A DNA stretch of 64,000 nucleotides from Welwitschia mirabilis (lineage: Eukaryota): assembly GCA_051453625.1 (NCBI GenBank), contig JBOZIK010000001.1, forward strand, positions 15,471,778-15,535,777, in the 5' to 3' direction. This document shows, piece by piece, positions 1 to 12,202 of this stretch (the first letter of the stretch is position 1; the number at the start of each line of letters is the position of its first letter). Made by a program: the position numbers and the translations under genes. The notes under the pieces were generated by a model. That model did not search any database. It was not told where the DNA came from and saw nothing but the letters and a program-made list of their open reading frames with translations.

Positions 1-432
1 TACAGCCCATTGTATCATTGACACTCGATCTGGAATGATGAGATATCACTTTGATAATAAAGAAATTACTATTAGGATTTTTGATGCCACCAAAAAAGAT
101 ACTAGAACTGATTTTAATGTTGAAGATAAGTTGAGACCAACTTTATTCCTACAACATTAACCCATAAAAGAAAGATTAATTATGTTACAGGAGCCAACTT
201 TATATGATGATCCAATCAAATTAGACTATTTTGTATTGGAAAATGAAGTTGTCAAGAATGAGGAAGGAGCTCAACATCTTTATTCGATAGAAAAACTTTT
301 TCAAGATTATTTTCCTATGCATGTCATCCCCATAACAAAGGAGATGACAGACCAACTTAACACCCTTGAACTTAAGCAATTACCCAATGGTCTAAAATTC
401 ATCTTTCTATTTAAGAATCAAATGAGACATTT

Positions 433-1329
433 NNNNNNNNNNNNNNNNNNNNNNNNNNNNNNNNNNNNNNNNNNNNNNNNNNNNNNNNNNNNNNNNNNNN
501 NNNNNNNNNNNNNNNNNNNNNNNNNNNNNNNNNNNNNNNNNNNNNNNNNNNNNNNNNNNNNNNNNNNNNNNNNNNNNNNNNNNNNNNNNNNNNNNNNNNN
601 NNNNNNNNNNNNNNNNNNNNNNNNNNNNNNNNNNNNNNNNNNNNNNNNNNNNNNNNNNNNNNNNNNNNNNNNNNNNNNNNNNNNNNNNNNNNNNNNNNNN
701 NNNNNNNNNNNNNNNNNNNNNNNNNNNNNNNNNNNNNNNNNNNNNNNNNNNNNNNNNNNNNNNNNNNNNNNNNNNNNNNNNNNNNNNNNNNNNNNNNNNN
801 NNNNNNNNNNNNNNNNNNNNNNNNNNNNNNNNNNNNNNNNNNNNNNNNNNNNNNNNNNNNNNNNNNNNNNNNNNNNNNNNNNNNNNNNNNNNNNNNNNNN
901 NNNNNNNNNNNNNNNNNNNNNNNNNNNNNNNNNNNNNNNNNNNNNNNNNNNNNNNNNNNNNNNNNNNNNNNNNNNNNNNNNNNNNNNNNNNNNNNNNNNN
1001 NNNNNNNNNNNNNNNNNNNNNNNNNNNNNNNNNNNNNNNNNNNNNNNNNNNNNNNNNNNNNNNNNNNNNNNNNNNNNNNNNNNNNNNNNNNNNNNNNNNN
1101 NNNNNNNNNNNNNNNNNNNNNNNNNNNNNNNNNNNNNNNNNNNNNNNNNNNNNNNNNNNNNNNNNNNNNNNNNNNNNNNNNNNNNNNNNNNNNNNNNNNN
1201 NNNNNNNNNNNNNNNNNNNNNNNNNNNNNNNNNNNNNNNNNNNNNNNNNNNNNNNNNNNNNNNNNNNNNNNNNNNNNNNNNNNNNNNNNNNNNNNNNNNN
1301 NNNNNNNNNNNNNNNNNNNNNNNNNNNNN
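433..1329. other. Assembly gap (N run); further gaps at 3582-3681, 5141-5173, 6732-6783, 10481-10490 and 35772-35871
   Basis: Runs of n in the sequence. The two gaps of exactly 100 N may be placeholders of unknown size. Confidence 1.
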
Positions 1330-3581
1330 AATGGAGAATGTGCATTGATTTTAGAAAACTCAATGAGGTCACCAAAAAGGATCATTGTTCTTTACCTTTT
1401 CTTGATCAAGTTCTTGATAGAATCCAAGGTCATGCTTATTATTATTTTCTTGATGGGTACAGTGGCTATAATCAAATTTGCATAGCTAGTGAAGATCAAG
1501 ATAAAGCTACCTTCACATCTCCCTTTGGAACCTTTGCTTTCAAATGAATGCCTTTTGGACTTTGCAATGCCCCTGAGAATTTCCAACAAGCCATGATGGG
1601 AATATTTTCTAATATGATAGAAGACTCTATAGAAATATTCATAGATGATTTTTCCATCTTTGTTGATACTTTTGAACAAACTGTGCTTAGATTAGAAAAA
1701 GTCCTTGATAGATGTGTTGAGAGTGTGTTATATTTAAGTTGGGAAAAGAGTTTCTTTCTTCTTTAACATGGAATTATTTTGGGACATCACATTTCTACAG
1801 AAGGGATTAAGGATGGACCTCATAAAGGTAGACATCATTAAGAACCTTAACCCTCCAACAAACATCAAATAAGTTAGATCTTTTCTTGGACATATGTGTT
1901 TCTACCGTCGATTCATCCATGACTATGCTAAAACTTGTAAACCTCTTCACTATCTTCTTGAAAAAGATGTTAAATTCGAGTGGTCAGAGTCATGCCAACT
2001 TGCCTTTAAAACTCCTAAAGGTAAAATCTCTTTTGAACCTATTGTTATGTATCCAAATTAGAACAAAGACTTTGAACTTATGTGTGATGCAAGTAACATT
2101 GCTGTAGGAGGGGTTCTCGGCTAAAAATATAAGAATGGGTTTAAATTCATATCTTACCTTAGCAAAACATTAAAAACTACCCAAACTAACTATACTACCA
2201 TCAAGAGAGAAATTCTTACTATCATTTTTTACTTGGGCCATCTTCGATACTATCTTCTTGGGTTTCACATCAATGTCTATACAGACCATACAACCATTCA
2301 TTACCTTATGATAAAGAAAGATTCTAATGCCAGACTTATTAGATGGATACTTTTAATGCAAGAATTTAATCTTACCATAATTGAAAAGGCTAGGAAACAT
2401 AATAGCGTGGCTGACCATCTTTCTCATCTTATTTGTTGCATTGATGAAACTCCTATTGATGATTCTTTTTCTGATTAGCAACTCTTTACAATTATACAAT
2501 TATATGATATATCTTCCTCTCACCCTACTCCTTGGTATGCTAAAATCTTCAATTATCTAGTAATAATAAAAACCCCTTAGCATTGGAATCACAATCAATG
2601 AAAAACTTTCCTCCATAGGATCGGTGATTATAAGAGGAACAAGCCACATCTTTATAGGTATTTTAAAGATTAAATTATGCATAAATGTGTGCCTAAATGT
2701 AAAACTTTGGAAATCTTAACACTTTTCCAAGGTGGAGTTTGTGGGGGATATTTTAGTGGCCAAAAGATGGCTATGAAAATTCTTCACTCTGAATTCTATT
2801 GGCCAACTCTTTTTAAAGATTTATTTAACTTTTCTCGAAAATGTGATGCTTGTTAACATTATTGTAGTCTCATCATTCTCATGATATACTCCTAAAACCT
2901 ATACTTGAATGTGAACCTTTTGATTATTGGGGAATTGATTTTGTAAGCCCAATTCTTCTACCTTCCAATGAGAAAAATTATATTTTAGTTACTATGAACT
3001 ATGTTACCAAATGGATTGAAGCTGTTCCTACCTCCAAAAATGATGCCTAAACTATTTGCAACTTTGTTAGAATTCATATCTTTCAATGATTTGGATTTTT
3101 ACATATTATCATTAGTGATCAAGGTATCCATTTCATCAATCACCTCTTTCAAAAAATTCTTCTATTGATTAGTGTTGAACATCACATTGCTTGTGCTTAT
3201 TACCCTCAAACCAATGGTCTAGCTAAAAATGCGAATAGAGAGATCAAGAAAATACTTCAAAAATTAGTTTCAGTCAATAAGAAGACTTGGTCCTCTAAAC
3301 TTAATGATGTTCTTTAGGCTTATCATACTACTTGATGTAACTCTATGGGTTTCACACCCTATGAACTTGTGTACGGTAAAGTATGTGTGCTACCAGTTGA
3401 TGTTTGTTATAATTCTTATCGTTCCACCCATCAACTGGACCTTGCTGACCTCAATGAAAATCTCAAAATTCGCCTAGCACAACTTAACCATCTTGATGAA
3501 AAATGTACTCATGCCCTACATCATCAACTTATCCATAAGACTCAAGCCAAGTTTCAACATGATAAAAAGCTTATTCATAAA
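1330..3581 (+). pseudogene. pol: Ty3/gypsy pol pseudogene (RT ~1330-1800, RNase H ~2060-2430, integrase ~2650-3581)
   Basis: RT: WRMCIDFRKLN..FLDGYSGYNQI..MPFGLCNAP..IFIDDFS. RNase H: FELMCDAS..VYTDH..ARLIRWILLMQEF..NSVADHLS. Integrase: FYWPTLFKD, WGIDF, IISDQGIHF, YPQTNG, GFTPYELVYGK. Multiple in-frame stops and frameshifts. Confidence 0.95.
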
Positions 3582-3681
3582 NNNNNNNNNNNNNNNNNNN
3601 NNNNNNNNNNNNNNNNNNNNNNNNNNNNNNNNNNNNNNNNNNNNNNNNNNNNNNNNNNNNNNNNNNNNNNNNNNNNNNNNN

Positions 3682-3807
3682 GCCTTCGACGGAATTACGA
3701 CATTCAGATCACTCCGTCTATACTAGCGTGTTGTATTTTGCATCTTAATTATAATTAATAGGATTGAAATCGAAACATGAACTATTGCATAAATACACAC
3801 TGCAACA
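3682..3807 (+). repeat. 3' end of an additional Athila-family LTR
   Basis: ttacgacattcagatcactccgtctatactag...aaatacacactgcaaca matches the 3' ends of the LTRs ending at 5405 (...gcactgcaaca) and 44054 (...aaatacacactgtaaca). Confidence 0.8.
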
Positions 3808-4085
3808 GTCACGATAGTCCATTATTATTGTTTCCTATTATGCATATACAAATTAATTTTATGAGCCATACAGTCACTTTATGAATTTTATTTGTGTTGC
3901 ATTCATTCTATAGTGACATGTTTAAGTAGGAAGCTTTGAAATTTTTTTTAGAATTTGTAGTTGCCTAATTGATGATATCATTTTTGTAGACTCAATTTAC
4001 AATTGATATGCAGTATTTTCAAATTAGCTTGTAATCTAGTGATCGCTTACTTTGTCAAGGACTAATAAGATTAAGTAAGGGGCTA

Positions 4086-5405
4086 TGTTCAATGCCAATT
4101 TATGGAAATTTGATGGTGTATTTTGAGTATTTATGTAGGGCATTTATATAGGTTTTGATGCAATACTAATGATTATGAAGGATTGACAGGATAATTAGCA
4201 AAACATGTGATATTGAGCATTTTATGGCAGTTTCTTGGGCTTATTCTGATATTGCAAGATAGAAGAAGAATGGAACGATGCAAAGACTTATTCACTTTGG
4301 AAAAGAGAAAAAGAAGGTCGTCGTACCCTAAGTTGTGTGGATGCCACTGAATATGACCAAACTGCTAACATGGACAGAAGCCTACAGCGCCAACCGTAGC
4401 ACCTGGCACATACATCGAGAATGTATCATCCACCTGATTTATCTAGATGACACCAAAGGACTAACAGCAATGCAAGGCACATAATCCAAGGCACATGACA
4501 CATAATCCAAGATGCTAAGGTGGCTTCGTCCCCTGTGTCATATGGAGGACGTATAGGATAACAACTGTTTCTTCCTTGTAACGAATGCCAACAGGCCACG
4601 TGAGTTGTTAGGATTTCTTTTCCTACCTTGAGGGTTCAGCTGGCCATTTCCTCACTCGAAAATCTATAAATACCCCTTTCTCCTTTCATTCCCATTTTTC
4701 ATCTTTTGTTCTCCATCCTTGTAATGGAAGCTTGAAGATAAGAAGCCCATTCCATACTGCAAAAAAGATTTTTCTTAGTATTAAGATGTGTCCCTCTCAT
4801 TGAGGCATTGTTATTCTAGTCTTGTAAGTGGATATTATGATCAATAATACAATTTCATTTCTTCTCATTATTGTGCATCTCCCTTATTATTTAAGTTGAT
4901 CTCAGTATAGCACTCTTAGATTTACTTAGATATTAAGGGAAATCTTCATTAAGGTTGATCTCATTTAATAATAGATTTGCATTATTACTTCTTTTTCCAT
5001 ATTGCATTTAAGTGGTATTTTGGGTAGATCTTATAATTTATATTGATTAGGAACTAATAAGCACTCTTTCTCTTTGATATAAGTTATAGAGAAGTAGTCT
5101 TGTGATAGGAAGACTAAAGTCTACATAAGATACACTTTCANNNNNNNNNNNNNNNNNNNNNNNNNNNNNNNNNATTTTCATAGCATTTTATTACCTACAT
5201 TGTTGTTATTGAATTTTTTGATAAAGATAAAAGAACAATAGAATACAGTAGTGGAAATCATTTCTTTAACTCCAAGCCTAGTACCTTCATTAGATTATGA
5301 CATTCAGATGAACTCTTATCTATAGTAGAGTGCCATTTCTGCTATTTATGTGAACTAAAGATTTATCTAAAGGACTTCTAGATTGCAAGAATTTGCACTG
5401 CAACA
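4086..5405 (+). repeat. 3' LTR of the Athila-like element
   Basis: Starts tgttcaatgcc immediately after the PPT (aagtaaggggcta) and ends tgcaaca. Contains TATA-like ctataaata near 4664. Termini are homologous to LTRs 42986-44054 and 58550-59776. Confidence 0.85.
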
Positions 5406-6676
5406 AATTATAAATAAAATGGATCATCCTATATAAAAGTTTGGAAGGAAAAATTATCAAATGGATAACAATACTAGTCAAAACTCAGCATGATTTACTA
5501 ATTAAAACAATAAGTTTTTGATGTTACAAGATGATTTCAATGGTGAACGAAATGAGCAAAACATGAACATAATGTAAATTTGCACTAAATGATGAAAAAT
5601 CATTATAAATAGGATTGTTATTATAATGCATGATAATGTAAATAAACATTTATCTAAATAACTTATGAATAAGAGAGATAAATTTCCAAAGCTAATGGCC
5701 TAGTTATTAAGATTTTTTAATGAATTTATTTTTATTTTAATGTATTAAAATTTTAGATAAATAAGTTATTCATTAATTAACTTTAAAAGTTCAAAAATCA
5801 GTATGAAAATTCTCAAGCATAAATGTTAAAAAAAGTGAACACAAGAAAATATCCAATTCCTACCTTTCTTTTCATAATTTACCTTCTCTATAATCATACA
5901 TATATCTTGTTTTAAGCAATTAGATCACATTGAGCATCTAATATTATGACATTTTATTTCAACAAAATTAAGCATGTTATCTCTTCAAGAAATTAGTACT
6001 ACATTAACAATAAGCATTTATATCCTCGATGTAGTTGACCATATCATGACTAGATCATTAGAGTTGCATTACTAGTAAGAGTTCACAAACTAATGTATTT
6101 AATTATACCAAATAAATTGATCAAAATAAAATGTACTTTTGAATAAGAGATGTTATATTTTATTTTAATTCTAAATATTTTCTTCTTCTTTTTTTAAATG
6201 CCCAAAAGAGGGGTCATTAGTGCAATAGCCTAATTAAAAATTATCTTATCCCCATAAAATACTTGAAAAAAATGTATAATATGAAAGTAGATTTCACCTT
6301 CTTATCCATATTTTTTAAAATTGGATACCTTAAGTGTAACTAATCTTAATAAGATAATTCAAAACTAAGCATAACCTTTTCTTAAATAATACAAGTATGC
6401 TTAAATTTCACCTAAACTTGCACTAACAAAAAGATCAGTTATTATTGGATTAATTATTAAAGTCTATTAATCTAAGTTATTATGTCTTAGAAAATCATAA
6501 GTTTATGAAAAGAGAGGATGATCAGTTAGCCCTACAAAATAAAGTCAACTTGGAAGAGATGGATGACAAGATTTAGGACAATGATGGCTTATTCTATGGA
6601 ATGAGTAAAATTTTGGATTTCCTAAGTGAAATGGCTTAAGGTAATGGTTAAACAAATGGTAGTTCTTGGGTGGTTT

Positions 6677-6731
6677 TGAGTGAGTGAGTGAGTGAGTGAG
6701 TGAGTGAGTGAGAGAGAGAGAGAGAGAGAGA
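6677..6731. repeat. Compound microsatellite (TGAG)n(AG)n running into a gap
   Basis: Directly visible. Confidence 0.98.
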
Positions 6732-8685
6732 NNNNNNNNNNNNNNNNNNNNNNNNNNNNNNNNNNNNNNNNNNNNNNNNNNNNGTTTTTTTAAATATTTC
6801 TTTCTTAAATCTAATTTTAAAAAACATAATATAAAATCATAAAAGGAAACTAAAAATTTTAAAAAGGGTTTTCTAATGTAATGTATAAATGAAGGCTTAT
6901 GGATTTCAAAGAAAGCATTAGGTGGTGGTGAAGGTTATGTAAAGATTTCTAAACTAGGAGAGAATTCATGTGAATCTTAATACATAAGAAAGATTAATAT
7001 AAGTATTAAAGTCTATCTGTTAAAGATAAAAAACACATAAACAATGGTTATTCCGGTATCTTGTTTTTACTTTCTCAATAATTTTTGCAAGGCAGTACTT
7101 TAGGGGAAGATAAAGATAAGTTTGAGACCATTATTGAAGTGGTTATTCATTAAAAGAATTAAAAAGTAATTCAAAATATAAGGAAACTTCATCTTCTTTG
7201 TTAAATCTTGAATCTTATTTAAAAGTTGGAGATAAGATAAAAACATTTGGCTGATGAAAATTTTGAGAATAAGGCATGCATTCTGCAAATGATGGATGAT
7301 GGATGGGCTTTTGTTAATGTTGTTTTATTCATTCTTATTGGATTCATCCTCACTTTATTCAAATATATGAATCTACTAAATAATAGGACTCTTTCTAACT
7401 AGTTTTTCATCTTCTACTAAATGCTGATCCTCTAGGTTCTAATTAGTTTCGATCTCATTCTCAAATTATATCATTTGAATATCAAATATTTGACTATCGT
7501 TAATCCTTCTAAGGTTTTCAAAACTTATAAGATTAGTTCATAAAATTTATAAATTCTTTATTTTTCAAGTTGGTTAAGTAACTCCTCCTTATGTAATTGC
7601 TTAAATTCTAGCTTCTCATTAGGTTCTTTCTTAATCCTAAAGAATATAAGTTAAGTATCTTTCATAAACATATCCTCTAAGTAACATTGATTAAATGAAG
7701 AAAGGATTGATGGGGTATTAAGGATTTTAACTATAGATTATAAAAATATTTATAGGATCTCCTATGAGGAATTTGAGATAGGACAATAATGATTAAATAA
7801 GTCTATGAATGAAAATATAAATGATACAAGGGAAAAGATAAAGAGTATTGGTAAAATGATGAAGGATATGGAAGGTAAGATGAAGGGTATTGATCAAAAA
7901 ATGAAGAATAAGAATTTGAGAATAAAGGATATTAATAAAGTGATGATGGATGAGGATTATAAGGGATGGTAGAAGGTGAATATCCATAATTCTCTTGGTA
8001 AGGATCTAATTTATGTGTACTAAAAGGTTGAAGAAAACATGAAAGGGTATCTAAGTATTTATGTTAAAGGTAATCCCTTATAGTTTTATTAGGTTGAAAA
8101 TAATCTTCTATATTTTATTTAGATTTAACACAATTAGTAAAATCATAGATTCCATAAAAATATGTACTTTTAACATTAGGTTCTATGTATATTTCACATA
8201 GAATTTCATACAATCTACCTAAAGGATCATGTTTCCAAACCATGTTTAATCTGAGAGGTTTAAGAGGGGCCTAACATTTAAAAAGTTTCAATGGATTTAA
8301 TAGATGGTTTAGATCAATTTTAAGTTACAAGTTTGTGAAGAATATGATGGTGCTAGTTAATATTCATGACAATGCTAGTTATATTTTAGGAAATGACTCA
8401 AAAAAATATGAGCATTATGCTCTTGACTATGTAAACTAATTTGAGTAATAGGTCATAAAAAAGGAGAAATAAAGAATAAAATAAAAGTATAAATAAAATA
8501 AAGAACTAAGAAAAAACCTCAAGTAAATGAAAATTTTAAGAAACTAATAGAAATCTAAATTTTATAAAGAACCAAAGATAGAAATCTACTATAAAAATGA
8601 ATAAATGAAAAGAAGGGGAAAATGAAATGGTGAATTTTTATTTATTTTTTGACATTTGGTTTTTTTATCCTTGTTTGGATCACAA

Positions 8686-8752
8686 ACCTATAGAAAATTC
8701 ATTAGACCTATAAAAATTTCATTAGACCTAAAAACATTTATTAGACCTATAA
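8686..8752. repeat. ~20-bp tandem repeat (ttcattagacctataaaaa, about 3 copies)
   Basis: acctatagaaaattcattagacctataaaaatttcattagacctaaaaacatttattagacctat. Confidence 0.85.
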
Positions 8753-11199
8753 CCATAAAATATCTAATATAGAAATTATATTTAGTATTAGAACAAAAAC
8801 TTAATAAAACTTATAAAATGAACTAGTTTAGGTATCACTAGAAATAAATCAATACCCACCATTAGAATGTATAAAAATAAAAGATAAAACTCAAAATAAA
8901 GTGGACTAGTTTGGGTATCACTGGAAGGACTAGTACCAACCACCAAAAGTGCTAAAAAACTAAAAATCTAAACTATAAATTAGAAGAAAGAAAAGATCAT
9001 GCACATTCTATGAAGTTGTCATGTAATTATTGGTGATGATACTAAAAAGTTGTTCCTATTTGGATTTTATAATTTATGAGTAAGAATCCTCATAAATTAT
9101 AGTAGAATCCTAATATCCTTCTTTTTATAGGAATAAATCAAGATAAAAGACTTAACAAAGATAATACAAACATTTTTTAACTTATAACAATTTAAAAGAA
9201 AATGAAGAATTGAGATTATGATGAGTTGAACTAGAATGGAAAAGTAGGAAAATTAACTAACTCCAAGATGTTAGCTTGAATCATCCACAACACTTCAAAA
9301 ATATCCTATAACTTTCTAAAACAAAGATTATTATTAAGTTATGATGGCTTGAGTTATGGTGATATAGTCTTGTTCATCACATGTGTGTTAGTAAATTCCT
9401 TAGTCACTTTGGTTCTTCATAGCCTTTCATAAGCATAGAAAATAAGAAAAAATGTTCTTAATATCTATAAAATGAAACAACTACAATAAAAAAGTAAACT
9501 TAAGAGACTTACTTAATAATTAAAAAACTTAACAATATAGTATCACTTAAGGATTAATAATACAAGGTTAATTACAACTCAAAATTAAGAATGAATAACT
9601 ATTATTTCATGTAGAAAAAAAATTACATTACATTGAAGGAATAAGGTAAGACTATTATAGAATTATCAAAGCTAGCCTTGAAGCTATCCCATCCCAAAGA
9701 AAAATCTTAGAAAAACATCATGCAAAATTCTTCACTCTAAAGATTTTACTACCAAGGTTACATTACAATAAGAAAAGCTTATCTCTTTTATAAGAAAAGA
9801 TAGGATTAAAGTGGTTGGAATCTTTAAACTTTAGTGTTGGATGGCCAATTATACTTCTTTATTATGTATCATTAGATAGGATAGTTGGATCATATGTTTT
9901 GTAGTATTTGGTGAATATCATTATTATGATTTTAACACTTGGTCTTTGAATCATAATGTCTCTACCAACTGGTGTTGTTACCATGTATCTCCAATGTTAC
10001 CACCACATGTCACTACCACATATCACTGCCACATGTCTTCTAGCATAATTAACACATACCATTATAGATAATAATTATATTTAATGTAATAACTAACTAA
10101 GCCCAAAATAAAAAATTGATTACTTTTCCATGATAGTTTTAGAACATAATTTTTAAGGTTAGTTTCATCAAATGACTAGTGCCATTGTATAGGTAACTAG
10201 CACTATTGATGTTTTATACTTATTTAGCTCCATTTTATGTCACACTACTAAATTCTTGAAAATGTTATGGAGAAACAAATAAGATTAAGTATGGCATAGA
10301 AAACAACCAAAGACATATTTGTATGATTATATTGATTAAAGTAAGTTTTCACTATGATAAGTTAGCTTGATATACTTGAGATAAATGTCAATTTTTACAT
10401 GTTAATAGGGTCATAAGCATCTTATCTTAGAATTTCTAAGAGATAATAGAACATATAATAAGAATGAAAATAAATGTTTTNNNNNNNNNNAGACTTTCTA
10501 TACTAGCTAGGATGAAGATGAAGATGTCAGTGAGTAGGAAGTCTCAGATTATAATAATAGTACTACCCATTAATTATTTATGATAGTTAAAATATAAGTG
10601 CTTAAGAAGGTGAACTAATTCTTTAAGAAAGGAATGACTTACTTATAAAAGAGTTCACTAATTTATAAAATATAAATACTAAAATAAAAAAGATCCTAAA
10701 TAGTCATGAGTTAGCCTAGAAACAAGAAAAGATATCTTATTCTAAGTTGACAATCTTTCCCTTAAGGATGAAATTAATAAACTACTAGTTAAATTGAAGA
10801 AAGTGAAATAGAAACTATCGAATGTCAAGTATATTAATAAAAAAATCATCCAAGATAAGAGAACATGAAGTATCATGCTTGGTTAAGAAATAACATTAAA
10901 TGATAGAAATGGTCTAAATAAAAATGAAGTTTGAGAAAGTCAATCATAAAGTAATACTTAGAAAACCTTCACAAATTAGAGGTATAAGCTAAGAAATGAA
11001 TATCTAATGCATGAAAATAATGTTATTTTATACAATATTATAGAAGAGAATACTATAAGAATTATTGTTCATTATACTTTAATAAACATTGTTACACTAA
11101 TCATGATCAAAATCCAAAGAGATGGATTAAGAAATCTATGCAAGAAAGCTATAAGAAGAACTACATATCATAGTAGCACAATAATGCTCTCCTTGCTTA

Positions 11200-12202
11200 G
11201 TTTTCTCAGTCACACTTGCGGCTATGAAAAACAACATCTATTAGATAGAAAATGAATGCTTTAAGTGACTAAAGATAAAATAGTTGTTAATAACCTAGTT
11301 AAAGAAGATCATTAAGTGGCATCTGTAGAAGATAATAATGAGGTACCAATTATAGCCAAGGATACTATAGAAGGTGAGAAACACCTTGAGGTAAAGAATG
11401 TTTTCTACATAGATGTATTACAACATAATTTATCATGTTAAAGTTAACTATGTGATTTAAATTTTGATATTACATTTTTAAAGAATATTTTATTATAAAA
11501 TATTATACCTCTAATAAAATATTATTCACTAATCATAGAAAGGACAATGTATATGTTACCTCACATAGTGATATTACTAATGAGGATGTAATGTGTTTTC
11601 TTAGTACTATAAGTAATGTAAAGATTTAACTAAGGAGACTTAAATATGCAAATATGAAGCTAATGCAAAACTTATGACTTCTCAAGTTTAAGATCTTTAT
11701 TAAACAACTTTGCAATTCTTGTCATAAATGATAGAGAAGGATAAGATTCCATAAGAAAACTTCATTATCCACCTCTTGTTCATTAGATGTTTTACATCTA
11801 AATATTGTAGGCCTTCACAAATAGAGAATCTTGGGAGAAAAAGATATTATCTTACTATTTTTGATGATTTTTATTAAATTACATTAGTAGCTCTTCTTGC
11901 ATACAATGATAAAACATTTGACTATTTTAAAAAGGTACATATTACATTGAAATATAAGAAGGGATATCATCTAAAGTTTAGTAAAAGTGATAATGGAAGA
12001 GAATTCATAGATTCATTCCTCAAGGAATTTTGTGAGTGACATGGAATTCATCATTAATTTTATATAATAAGGATGCCATAACAAAATGGGATGGATCAGT
12101 GCAAGAACAAATAATTGAGCAAAATAACATAGATAATGCTACATGACCAAAAGATGACATATCACTTTTGAATTGAAGATGTAAACACTGCACGCTATCT
12201 AT
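11200..12202 (+). pseudogene. pol: Ty1/copia (SIRE-like) pol remnant: protease, GAG-pre-integrase and integrase; decayed gag probably upstream from ~10200
   Basis: EDNNEVPIIAKDTI..VKNVFYIDVLQHNLSC*S*LCD (SIRE-type SQLCD). Then RRLKYANMKLM, LDVLHLNIVG, RYYLTIFDDF, KSDNGREF, EFCE*HGIHH, P*QN and EDVNTARY. Cut at 12203 by another LTR. Confidence 0.85.

Larger units (their letters stand above)
1..5405 (+). mobile_element. Degenerate Athila-like Ty3/gypsy LTR retrotransposon (5' part outside window): post-protease linker, RT, RNase H, integrase, PPT, 3' LTR
   Basis: Domain order is RT-RH-INT on + with Athila-type motifs. It is followed by PPT-like aagtaaggggcta and an LTR tgttc...tgcaaca. Interrupted by three N gaps. 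Confidence 0.9.

Noticed and set aside
182..1385. Long ORFs of 322-388 aa in the ORF track
   Set aside because: They are artefacts of translating through the N gap. Only the short flanks are real retroelement sequence.
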